In this document: positions 49,663 through 58,350 of the stretch, one piece after another | How the letters are laid out: the number at the start of each line of letters is the position of its first letter | Numbering within the stretch: the stretch's first letter is position 1 | From: a virus | Virus record (IMG/VR): IMGVR_UViG_3300010883_007299 | Span: 32,474-96,473 of that record | Reading direction: 5' to 3' (one strand) | DNA: 64,000 nucleotides | The notes under the pieces: generated by a model | Databases searched by the model: none | Told to the model about the DNA's origin: nothing | The model's input: the letters and a program-made list of their open reading frames with translations, nothing else | Made by a program: the position numbers and the translations under genes

Positions 49663-50124
49663 TTATCTTACTCTCTTTAAAAGAACCTCGACGGCTTCTA
49701 CTGTGGCCGGGGCATTTATTATTACAAATTCTATTTTTATACCTAAAGTGTTATTATCCATTCTATGAAAACCGGGGTCTGCAAAACCAACCTTATGCAC
49801 TTTTACTCTAGGTTCCCATCTTTCTATAGCTCTAATTATTTTATTTCTTAAATTTACAATAACTGGAGGTGTAAAATTCTCAAACAATGCAGCTCTAACG
49901 TTAGTACCTATTTCTGGATGAAAAGGTTTATCCCAGGTATTTAATAAAACTATATTACGAACAGCACGTTTAATATCCTGAATATCTGAAACTATAGAAA
50001 TATCTCCAGAAACAGGATTCTTTGTGAAAAACAAATTCAAATCCTTATAAACGAAATTACTTCTAGAACTATTATTTACAGATTCGTCATCATCGAATCC
50101 TGCATTGTATGTTGTTATAGGCAT
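49663..50124 (-). CDS. gp25: Baseplate wedge subunit (gp25/GPW family)
   Basis: YKDLNLFF, IKRAVRN, KPFHPEIG, LFEN and WEPRV. Confidence 0.9.
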   Translation of the reverse strand: MPITTYNAGFDDDESVNNSSRSNFVYKDLNLFFTKNPVSGDISIVSDIQDIKRAVRNIVLLNTWDKPFHPEIGTNVRAALFENFTPPVIVNLRNKIIRAIERWEPRVKVHKVGFADPGFHRMDNNTLGIKIEFVIINAPATVEAVEVLLKRVR

Positions 50125-50137
50125 ATCTAATATTTAT

Positions 50138-50281
50138 CTATTTACCTTGGCCTCTATACTTTTTCCAAGTTCTTTTTTTGTTTTTATTCTTTGGTCTAGA
50201 CCTTGGAGAATCTCCAATAGAAGTTCTCTTTCTAACCGATTCTATTCTTGAGGTTAATAGTCCTTTTGCTTTCTTAGCCAT
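50138..50281 (-). CDS. Small basic protein (47 aa) conserved next to gp25 in marine T4-like phages
   Basis: Not in the ORF track. Reads MAKKAKGLLTSRIESVRKRTSIGDSPRSRPKNKQKKRTWKKYRGQGK. Confidence 0.7.
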   Translation of the reverse strand: MAKKAKGLLTSRIESVRKRTSIGDSPRSRPKNKNKKRTWKKYRGQGK

Positions 50282-50510
50282 TTTTTTTCTTTATTACCTT
50301 CTTTCTTTGTGTTTTGTTATGGTGGTGATGATGATGATGTTGTTCAGTTGGTTTCTCTTTCTCTCCATAAGCCTGATACAAACCATATACAATCAAACCT
50401 ATTCCACTTATTAACAGTTCAGATACTACCAATGAACCACCACTTACTACCATTACCGCACCTAATATAACATCTTTATTTTTCAATTGTTCTTTCAAAT
50501 TTACAAACAT
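50274..50510 (-). CDS. Small membrane protein with a poly-His tract
   Basis: Hydrophobic segments followed by HHHHHHH and a basic tail; AGGAG SD. Confidence 0.65.
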   Translation of the reverse strand: MFVNLKEQLKNKDVILGAVMVVSGGSLVVSELLISGIGLIVYGLYQAYGEKEKPTEQHHHHHHHNKTQRKKVIKKKNG

Positions 50511-50529
50511 TTTATTTTCTCCTAAAATT

Positions 50530-50835
50530 TTAACTTCCTACAAACACATCAGGCGACCCTTCTGTTGTAGATGGTCCACAATGAGGACCTCCTATAGGTA
50601 TACATAAAGCATCAGCCGCAGCTGTTGCGAGATGACCAACTACTAATATATTATGTACATAAACATTATCAGCATTTGCATTTAGTGCTCCGGCACCGTC
50701 TGTACATATATCTCCATGTGAAGCTACAAGTAAATTATTTGCAAATACAGTATCTTGATTCATTGCAGTACCTGTTGTAGCGCTACAAGCCCTTTCATCA
50801 GTGTGTCTATGTGTTGGTAATACTGGTAATCCCAT
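50530..50835 (-). CDS. gp5.4: PAAR-like spike tip protein
   Basis: HR.TD.RAC, TVFANN, VYVHN and HCGPSTTEGSPDVFVG; downstream of gp5. Confidence 0.8.
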   Translation of the reverse strand: MGLPVLPTHRHTDERACSATTGTAMNQDTVFANNLLVASHGDICTDGAGALNANADNVYVHNILVVGHLATAAADALCIPIGGPHCGPSTTEGSPDVFVGS

Positions 50836-50847
50836 TTATATTATCTC

Positions 50848-51834
50848 CTAAAAAGAAGTACCTGGACCATCAGGCCTAACACCAGCAGCATCAATCATTG
50901 AATCTGTAAAGCCTGCAGCTGCATAACCAGCAGAATAAGCAGTATCCATAAGACCCGGTTGAGATGGATCAAAAAAAGGAGTATTTTTAGATTTAGGATT
51001 AGTACCATTTGGTGTTGTTGTAGCCATACCATCGTGGGCCAACGCTATAAGCCCATTCGCTGGAGGAGGAACTGACAGCCCTGTATTTGGATTTATCCAG
51101 TTGTTAGGACCATATGTCGTATGAGGATTAGCAGGTGTCTTTACAGGAATCCCACTCATTGAAGCTTCACCGGATGTACCACCAGCATTACCTCTTCCTT
51201 CTGCTGCTGGTAAACTTTTTAATGCAATAGAATTACTACCACCAATATATGTTCCATTAATCATTGATGTTGCCATATTAACACCTACTGTCATATGTTC
51301 ACCAACTGATCTTAAACTTATACTAGTAGGTATTGTCTGTCCCAAAAGCGCCTGAGCATTAATGGCAGCTGAAACTGTAGCCTTATTACCTGAACTATTA
51401 TTTAAAGATAAACTTATAGGACCTAAATTAAGATTTGCGCCAAACCCCAATCCAGCACCAGCAGGAATAGCAAGATTAAATGAAGCTTTTGCTACAAGGG
51501 GACCTAAAGCTCCACTAAGCGTAGCATTCATATTACCCAATATAGAACCAGCTGCACTTAAAGCTGCTCCGAATGGATTAGCCATAATATTAATAGCAGT
51601 TTTCCAAGCAGCAGGTAACATACCACCAATGCCCAATTGTAATGATAATCCTAATCCACGACCTATATTAAGATTTGCTTGAAGTCCACTAAAAGCACCA
51701 CCAAGTTTACCAGCAGCCATATTAGCTGCCGTTGTAATTTGGGAACCTATACTTGTAACAGCTGATGATAAAGCGCCAACCGCCGACGAAGCAAAAGAGG
51801 ATATAGCTCCACCAATTGAACCAAACCAACTCAT
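50848..51834 (-). CDS. Gly/Ala/Ser-rich hypothetical protein between gp5 and PAAR
   Basis: 328 aa ORF with a GGAG SD and a low-complexity hydrophobic N-terminal half. Confidence 0.7.
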   Translation of the reverse strand: MSWFGSIGGAISSFASSAVGALSSAVTSIGSQITTAANMAAGKLGGAFSGLQANLNIGRGLGLSLQLGIGGMLPAAWKTAINIMANPFGAALSAAGSILGNMNATLSGALGPLVAKASFNLAIPAGAGLGFGANLNLGPISLSLNNSSGNKATVSAAINAQALLGQTIPTSISLRSVGEHMTVGVNMATSMINGTYIGGSNSIALKSLPAAEGRGNAGGTSGEASMSGIPVKTPANPHTTYGPNNWINPNTGLSVPPPANGLIALAHDGMATTTPNGTNPKSKNTPFFDPSQPGLMDTAYSAGYAAAGFTDSMIDAAGVRPDGPGTSF

Positions 51835-51845
51835 TTATTTTCTCC

Positions 51846-54800
51846 TTACCATGCTGTATTACTCTTACCGGCAATAATATCATTAATTGTGTCGTGTGTT
51901 ACTCGGATGTTTTCTCCACCGTAACCACCACCAGGCGATCCTGGATCGTTTGCATTTAAGCCAAGACCAATACCAGAAGCAGGTGCAGGATCTGGTATAT
52001 CAATAGGAAGAACATCTATTGTAGGTGCCATGCTAGACATCAACGCAGGAGTCGGCCAACTAGGAGCTAGTGCTTGTGCTTCAGTAGCTTGTACAGCAGT
52101 ATCAGCAGGATCAGCAAGTGCCGACCAAAGGGCTTCCGGCCCATTCATATGAATCTCAGTTGCAGTTTCAATAATATTGCCACCAGCCAGATTATAAAAA
52201 TCCAAGGTCGACTCCACATAATGGCTGATGGCAGCGTGACTATATACATTTGATGTAACAGATTGGAGATATAAACTTGTCTGAGATTTTACATGAATGC
52301 TTTTCGATGCTGCTTGAAGGAATATATTTTCATCAAGAGATTTTACATTTATATCTGTCTTAGCTTCTATATTTATAACTGTATCCAACGCTTTAATATC
52401 TACTCTTTCCTTTCCGGTAATCATTACATCATCATTAGCATAAGCAATAATATCATCTGTAGCATACATCATTATATCATCAGCAGCAAACATTTGAATA
52501 TCATCTGATAGTGCGGATATCCTAACTTGAGCAGCATCAGCAATAATTTTAATATCTCCGGTAAGTGCTTCTGCCTTAATTTCTCCAGCCGAAGCATATA
52601 TAGAAACATCTCCACCAATACTCAAATCTTCAACATTCATCATAGAAGTTCTAGCATTCCACATAACTGAATACTCGTTTATAGAACCTTGAGCTGTTGT
52701 ATAATTATCACCGTAAGTAAATTCGTGAATATCAGTTCCTGCTGTTAAGTAAATACTATCGGTTAAAGCCTTTATAGTGATTTCACTAATATCAGCTTGT
52801 ATCTTAATATTTTCTATAGCTTGTACTTGTATATGTCCAGTCTTTAAATTGAAATTGGATAATTCTTTACAGGGTCTTGTTCCTGCATGATATTTTGCTG
52901 ACGCTGGATCTAATGCAGTACCCAAGATATTCATATGACCATCATACTGCATATTAATATCACCAGAAGCCTTCATATTAATATTGCGTTTTGATGATAG
53001 GTCTAAATCACCACCTGAATGAATCTGTATCTTCCACTTTGCGGATATGTCCATTCTATCATTGGCTCGGATCCATACCTCATCATCGAAAGTCCAAGCA
53101 ACTTTGCCTTTAACATAAAGATAATCGTCAAAGATTCTAATGTTATAATTATCACCCTTTACATAATCAACCTTTGTACCTTGATGATCTACTTCATAAT
53201 AAGTTCCCGATCTATGGTACTCATGTATTCTTTCTGCACCAGGCGTATCATCAAATTCTTTAATGTGTCCTGACTCTGATTCATATACATGGTTAAATGG
53301 ATATTGTGAAGCCCAACGACTCGTTGGTTGATTCCAAAATCTAAAATTAATACCAGTATTCATTTCTGGATTGCCGATATTGATTTGACGTTCTCTGGTT
53401 TCTGCCTTTGCCCTAACCATCCAATGTGGATTAATTGATATAATACCACCACCAAGATATGCAGAATATTCAGCAGTATATTCTTTTTTCAATTCTACAG
53501 CATCTACAATAGAAGGTGTAGTAGATTCTGGACCTGAATATTCTATACTGCCCGGACCTGACCAAGGAATGCCGTCCATAGTTCCTAAGGTAATAGTGAA
53601 ACCAGAACCAGAACTAGATACATCCATTATTCGATATACACGTCCATTATATTCTTCTGAACCTCTACAACCGGATATCATTATCACATCACCCTTTTGT
53701 ACTTTAGGTTTAGTGTTTTTATTTTTATTTTCTTTTGCAGTAGCAAATGTAGTTGTACTATCTCCCCACAAACTAGACCTTGTAACAACCTTACTATCTG
53801 TAATACTCTTAATAGGAATGCCACCTTCAGCAAGTCTATTTGTATCTGATTCTGGTAATACTACCAAATCTGTTTCCTTTACATCTGCAAATTTAATATC
53901 TTTTCTAGTATCAGGTCCTTTTGGATCACTAACATTATAAATTCCTGTTCCATAATGACCATCATCAAATAATTCTTTTACTTCTTGTCTCTGTGTTGTT
54001 GCTAACTTACCCTTCTGTACATAAGGTGTTCTTGGATGTGTTAATCTAAATTCTTCTCCATCTAAACAGAAATATCCAATCTCTTGACCAGACTCTTGAC
54101 CCCATGATGCTCTGTTATCTAATGGGTCTATACCAGCAAGGCCTGCCGAGTCTGTACTAGATGTTGGTGTGTCTCTTGTGATTGGCCATGTAGGTGCATG
54201 AGTACCACCAGGCGAACCTGCTTCTTTATCAGCACGCCAATGGCCATCTTCTAAATAACCTGTTGATAGATTAACTCCTAAATGAGCTCTATATCCATAA
54301 GTTTGCACATCAGGCCATGCAAATGTTCCGAAATGAGTCCAATCACATTGCCTTAAATCAGCTGTAACCCTTCTCGTTGTACGATAAAGGTAATGTAAAA
54401 TATCCGAATGTGTTAATCTAGCAAACTTTGGTGCATAACCTTTAAGTTCTGGAAGCACCATCCATTTCTCATCATCACATTCATCTAAATCATTAGGTGC
54501 TAGACCTGCTGGTTTATAATTAGGTACTCGTTGTGTCTTTTCATATTTGTCATCAGGGAAATCTTCCGGTATCATATCGTGTTTAGATTTCGTTACACCG
54601 CAAGCAGCACCCGGACTGTTTACATAGTAAGACTGTGGTGTTTCAATAGAACTCTCATGCAATTCTGGATAATGTTCTCCAGGCCCGGCAGAATAATCAC
54701 CAAACTTCTGACTGTGACCTATTGTTACATCACTAGGAGGATAAGGAATGTTTCTTTGGTCTATAGTGGGATCCTGAAACCCATGTTCATAATCCAAATA

Positions 54801-55211
54801 ATCTTCAGAAGCATCTGGAATTTCTGATGAATATTCCTTTGTATACTTCTGCAGCATACCTCTTTGTTTTGCCCACTTTCTATTTAATTTACCAGCAAAT
54901 GATGTTCTTGTATTATTACCGGGCAGAGTGCCCATAATAATCCATTCTTGTAAAGTATCTTCTTTTGCAAAACCTACAACCCAAGTACCTTCTACTAGGT
55001 TTGTGGGTGAATCTCCAACACCAGCCATAGCACCTGCACTTACAGGTTGCATAACTTGAGACCAAGGTAAATCTTTAGTTAGAATCTTTTGTTTGTCGTC
55101 ATCATGTAAACCCAACCATCTTACTCGCACACGACCCAACTTCTCAGGATCAAATCTATCCTCGACAACACCAATGCCCCATTGAAAACCATCTTGTCCT
55201 AAAAATGCCAT
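51846..55211 (-). CDS. gp5: Baseplate hub/central spike
   Basis: OB-fold N-terminus GVVEDRFDPEKLGRVRVR...LPW, then YPFNHVYESESGH..EFDDTPGAERIH..HRSGT and a long beta-helix. Confidence 0.93.
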   Translation of the reverse strand: MAFLGQDGFQWGIGVVEDRFDPEKLGRVRVRWLGLHDDDKQKILTKDLPWSQVMQPVSAGAMAGVGDSPTNLVEGTWVVGFAKEDTLQEWIIMGTLPGNNTRTSFAGKLNRKWAKQRGMLQKYTKEYSSEIPDASEDYLDYEHGFQDPTIDQRNIPYPPSDVTIGHSQKFGDYSAGPGEHYPELHESSIETPQSYYVNSPGAACGVTKSKHDMIPEDFPDDKYEKTQRVPNYKPAGLAPNDLDECDDEKWMVLPELKGYAPKFARLTHSDILHYLYRTTRRVTADLRQCDWTHFGTFAWPDVQTYGYRAHLGVNLSTGYLEDGHWRADKEAGSPGGTHAPTWPITRDTPTSSTDSAGLAGIDPLDNRASWGQESGQEIGYFCLDGEEFRLTHPRTPYVQKGKLATTQRQEVKELFDDGHYGTGIYNVSDPKGPDTRKDIKFADVKETDLVVLPESDTNRLAEGGIPIKSITDSKVVTRSSLWGDSTTTFATAKENKNKNTKPKVQKGDVIMISGCRGSEEYNGRVYRIMDVSSSGSGFTITLGTMDGIPWSGPGSIEYSGPESTTPSIVDAVELKKEYTAEYSAYLGGGIISINPHWMVRAKAETRERQINIGNPEMNTGINFRFWNQPTSRWASQYPFNHVYESESGHIKEFDDTPGAERIHEYHRSGTYYEVDHQGTKVDYVKGDNYNIRIFDDYLYVKGKVAWTFDDEVWIRANDRMDISAKWKIQIHSGGDLDLSSKRNINMKASGDINMQYDGHMNILGTALDPASAKYHAGTRPCKELSNFNLKTGHIQVQAIENIKIQADISEITIKALTDSIYLTAGTDIHEFTYGDNYTTAQGSINEYSVMWNARTSMMNVEDLSIGGDVSIYASAGEIKAEALTGDIKIIADAAQVRISALSDDIQMFAADDIMMYATDDIIAYANDDVMITGKERVDIKALDTVINIEAKTDINVKSLDENIFLQAASKSIHVKSQTSLYLQSVTSNVYSHAAISHYVESTLDFYNLAGGNIIETATEIHMNGPEALWSALADPADTAVQATEAQALAPSWPTPALMSSMAPTIDVLPIDIPDPAPASGIGLGLNANDPGSPGGGYGGENIRVTHDTINDIIAGKSNTAW

Positions 55212-55232
55212 ATAATAATATCCTCTCTTCCA

Positions 55233-55240
55233 TATTTATA
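55233..55240 (-). promoter_or_regulatory. T4-type late promoter TATAAATA
   Basis: Exact consensus upstream of gp5. Confidence 0.72.
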
Positions 55241-55268
55241 TGTGAAAAAAAGAATTAAAATAAATATA

Positions 55269-55357
55269 TGGCTCCGGAGGCTCGGATCGAACGAGCACGG
55301 TATCGAAATACCACCTAGTAAACGGCTAGGCGTGTCTACCACTTCCACCACTCCGGA
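55269..55357 (-). tRNA. Atypical type-II (long variable arm) tRNA, anticodon GUU (Asn), CCA encoded
   Basis: TCCGGAG TG GTG GAAGTGGTAGA CAC G CCTAG CCGTTTA CTAGG T GGTAT TTCG ATACC GT GCTCG TTCGATC CGAGC CTCCGGA G CCA. All stems are fully paired; the amino-acid identity is uncertain. Confidence 0.9.
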
Positions 55358-55363
55358 ATTCTT

Positions 55364-56215
55364 TTACATAGACTGGATAACTCGTCTAACATCGTAATCA
55401 TTCATTGCAGAAAGTAGTCTGGTGATTCCAATTCCACCACCCACTCTTGGAAAGAAATCAAGTGATAGAAACTTATCTAGTTCCTTGTCAACTCTTTCTT
55501 TACCGAATAGGCCATACAACAGGTCAGCATACATACCATCAGATATTTCATGGAACATTCTAGACATCTCATCTGTATCAGAGGACCTTTCAGCTGAACC
55601 GATAGTCTCTTGACCTGAAATGATAACATCTATCTTGGCCGCTGTACCGTCGCCATTCTGTTTCATGTTCCAAAAAGGACTTGTGTAATTTGGAAAGTTC
55701 TTAATCATACAAACTCTACCTTGCCAACTCTTACACATTGCATCTTCATGTTTATGTTCTAGTTCTTCTACTTTAAAATAATCACACCATTCTAAATAAT
55801 CTTTATCTACAATACCATGTCCGTTACCGAATCCCATATGTTCGCATAACTCTCTTTCCATCTTTTCTAAATCGTGAACGTCACCTGGCATCTCAAATTC
55901 AAACATAGGAAAGATAATATCATGTCTACCCTCCGTAATGTTTTTCTCTTCCCGGTAGGATGTGGAGATACAAAAAAACCCGGGAATTTCCGGGTTATTT
56001 AATAATTCGTATTCGAGCCACATTTGGCCGGTTTGTGGAAGAGGCCATACTTCACCTGCATAATTATATGTTGCCACTGTAGTGGGATCTTCACAGGCTG
56101 CTAATATTGATAATCTGTTTTGTGTGTGTACTTCTTGAAAGCTACGGGCCAAAAAAAAGTCACGCAATAACGTGACCGCCTCTGTATACTTTCTTGGGTT
56201 AATTAATTGTGTCAT
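55364..56215 (-). CDS. Class IIb aminoacyl-tRNA synthetase catalytic-core paralog (AsnRS/AspRS-like, no anticodon-binding domain)
   Basis: Motif 1 (LRDFF...FQEV), LPQTGQMWLE, motif 2 STSYREE...RH...F.MFEFE, ETIGSAER and motif 3 PRVGGGIGITRL. Only 283 aa and lacks the N-terminal OB fold. Confidence 0.88.
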   Translation of the reverse strand: MTQLINPRKYTEAVTLLRDFFLARSFQEVHTQNRLSILAACEDPTTVATYNYAGEVWPLPQTGQMWLEYELLNNPEIPGFFCISTSYREEKNITEGRHDIIFPMFEFEMPGDVHDLEKMERELCEHMGFGNGHGIVDKDYLEWCDYFKVEELEHKHEDAMCKSWQGRVCMIKNFPNYTSPFWNMKQNGDGTAAKIDVIISGQETIGSAERSSDTDEMSRMFHEISDGMYADLLYGLFGKERVDKELDKFLSLDFFPRVGGGIGITRLLSAMNDYDVRRVIQSM

Positions 56216-56239
56216 AAAGTGTTTTCTCCAAATTTATAT

Positions 56240-56247
56240 TATTTATA
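56240..56247 (-). promoter_or_regulatory. T4-type late promoter TATAAATA
   Basis: Exact consensus between a terminator and the aaRS-like gene. Confidence 0.72.
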
Positions 56248-56252
56248 CAAAT

Positions 56253-56279
56253 AAAAAACCCCACCAGTGAGGTGGGGTT
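56253..56279 (-). terminator. Rho-independent terminator
   Basis: Minus strand AACCCCACC-TCACT-GGTGGGGTT followed by a T run. Confidence 0.88.
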
Positions 56280-56445
56280 CTTCATGCTAACTGTCAGTCA
56301 GAGGATATCGGTTGAATCAGAGCCTTGTTCGTAACTATAGAGCGTTAGACTTTCTATATCATATATTCACTGGCGTCCCAGTGGCCTGATCTGTCATTGT
56401 CAGGACTTTATCTCCTATTATTTTACTGCTCTATTTTAATATCGT

Positions 56446-56673
56446 TCACGCTTTTTCATCTTTTTTCTCCAGAGGTTTAACTTTGGGGCCTTTAAAAACA
56501 TAACCCTTTCCTTCATTGCCTTCTGCAACAAATTTTTCCAGTTTACTTAAACTACAAAGTTTAGCAACATAAACATTTCTAGCAGTAACATCCTTAATCT
56601 TCTTTTTATCAAGATTCTCCAATCTCATTCTTTGAGATTCCAGTTTCGCTTTTATTTCGTCCTGTACTAACAT
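56446..56673 (-). CDS. Hypothetical protein
   Basis: 75 aa, coupled to the upstream gene (TAATG). Confidence 0.6.
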   Translation of the reverse strand: MLVQDEIKAKLESQRMRLENLDKKKIKDVTARNVYVAKLCSLSKLEKFVAEGNEGKGYVFKGPKVKPLEKKDEKA

Positions 56674-56882
56674 TATCCCTTATACTTCTCCACTTGTAAA
56701 ATCATACTTATACTTTTCTCTAAAGTATTCAAAGCATTCTTTATATGGTCATACTCCGTAACTTCAATCTGTTTAATATGTTTACGTTGACCCAACACTT
56801 CCACACAATCTTCTTTTAACTGTCTAGCTTTGTCTAGTAGGTCTTGTAACTGTTCATCTTGGTGCATAAAAAAAGTCCTCAA
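56673..56882 (-). CDS. Hypothetical protein
   Basis: Downstream of an early promoter; likely starts at MHQDEQ after a GAGG SD. Confidence 0.6.
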   Translation of the reverse strand: MRTFFMHQDEQLQDLLDKARQLKEDCVEVLGQRKHIKQIEVTEYDHIKNALNTLEKSISMILQVEKYKG

Positions 56883-56903
56883 TAATGTTATTTACTGAGG
56901 ACC

Positions 56904-56932
56904 AGCTTAACACAAATTTAATAATTTGTCAA
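56904..56932 (-). promoter_or_regulatory. Sigma70-type early promoter
   Basis: TTGACA-17 nt-TAAGCT with extended -10 TG. Confidence 0.8.
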
Positions 56933-58179
56933 GCATTTCCCCACTGAACTTCTACTTTGCGTTTACCTTCAAACATTTCGCCCAACAAATATGTAGGTTT
57001 GAGTTTGTATAACTGTGCTAAAGAAATGACAGCATTTTTAGAATCCACTCTCCACTCTGATCCATCTACAGTAACCATCATAAATAAAAACTTACTAAAA
57101 TCATCAGTATGGCAGGCTACTATAAACTCTTGTGAAGGCATCTTACTACTACCAGGAGCTGAATAGATTTTGGTATTGCCAGCAGAACTATTAAACTCAC
57201 AAGCCTTTATTTCAAGTTGTGTATCAAAATATCTATCCTTGCTACCTTTTAATTTCTTGTTAGCCAAATCTGTTAAGAATTGAAATAAAATATCAGCATA
57301 AGTTTTATTTGATATTGCCCCAGCAGAAGCACACTGTAATTTCTTATCACCAGTGTTATTAAACCCCAAAGCGAAAGCCGACATTGTGGAATGAGATAAA
57401 AAGTTCGTTCTTGTGTTTCGTTCCCAACCAAGAACAGAATCACGAATAATGCCACCATGTACTGCCTCTATTTTTCGCACCATTGAAACAGATGTCTTAA
57501 TGGCAAATGGAACAATATCAGGATACTTTTTCAAGTCATCATAAAAGGTGTGTCTATTAGGATCAACAATCTCTTTTGGTGCCTGTATCGTAACCAACTT
57601 ATATGCTTTTCTAACAGTTATCTTATCTGCAACAATATCATCTACCAAGTCGGGTCGTTCTTCACCAATCACCACAAGTTTCTTAAAAATATCCTTATCA
57701 ATACGAGCATCGGTGGCAAAGTTGTTTCTGTCCTTATTAGAAAGTTCTTTGCCGTACTTATCAAAGTAAGCTTCAGATTCTTTAGTCCAGAGTCGTAATG
57801 CTGTCCTATAATTGGATTCGTTTCTTTTGCCGTCTTGATTAAATGATTTTAGGAATTGTATTTCTTCATATCTGTCGGCTTTAGGATCATAAGTACGTTC
57901 AGCACAATATACTGCTCTTACCTTTAGAAAGCCCAACAACTTAGCAACCCATACTCTAAAATTTCCGGAGTAAATAACACCAGTTTTGGGACAAACGGTA
58001 ATAGGTGTATGGTTTGCATCTCCATATTTGTCAAACCAGGCCTGCATCTTCGTTTTCAATAACTCAATATCATCCCCATGATTTGCTCTAGGATAGATTT
58101 CTTCGTTTAGGGGATGGAAGGTTAGATTAGCAACGATTGCATAACCATCTTCATCAATAAATTTCACTTTCTGTGTCAT
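56929..58179 (-). CDS. ParB/Srx-like N-terminal domain protein
   Basis: L.FHPLNEEIY...PITV...VIYSGNFRV.VAK.LG ParB-N-like motif. The C-terminal half is unassigned. Confidence 0.6.
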   Translation of the reverse strand: MTQKVKFIDEDGYAIVANLTFHPLNEEIYPRANHGDDIELLKTKMQAWFDKYGDANHTPITVCPKTGVIYSGNFRVWVAKLLGFLKVRAVYCAERTYDPKADRYEEIQFLKSFNQDGKRNESNYRTALRLWTKESEAYFDKYGKELSNKDRNNFATDARIDKDIFKKLVVIGEERPDLVDDIVADKITVRKAYKLVTIQAPKEIVDPNRHTFYDDLKKYPDIVPFAIKTSVSMVRKIEAVHGGIIRDSVLGWERNTRTNFLSHSTMSAFALGFNNTGDKKLQCASAGAISNKTYADILFQFLTDLANKKLKGSKDRYFDTQLEIKACEFNSSAGNTKIYSAPGSSKMPSQEFIVACHTDDFSKFLFMMVTVDGSEWRVDSKNAVISLAQLYKLKPTYLLGEMFEGKRKVEVQWGNA

Positions 58180-58350
58180 AATAATATTCCTTTAAAAAAA
58201 TTAAGGGGTAGGGTAGATGTGTTCTCTTTAATCAGGACTGCGACATAACCTGGAATCAAAGTTTTAACAGAGCCCTTCGGGGGAGCATCTCCAAGCTTCA
58301 GGTTGAGTCCCCAGGTTAACCCCAGGGACATACCCCTTCGCTTCCAATAA

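Noticed and set aside
55318-55326. Reading the tRNA loop as a UUA ochre-suppressor anticodon
   Set aside because: In the 7-nt loop CCGUUUA the central triplet is GUU. Genes end normally in TAA, TAG and TGA, with no sign of recoding.
56300-56415. RNase P RNA from the AAAGTCC motif
   Set aside because: The region is too short and I could not find the complementary P4 strand.
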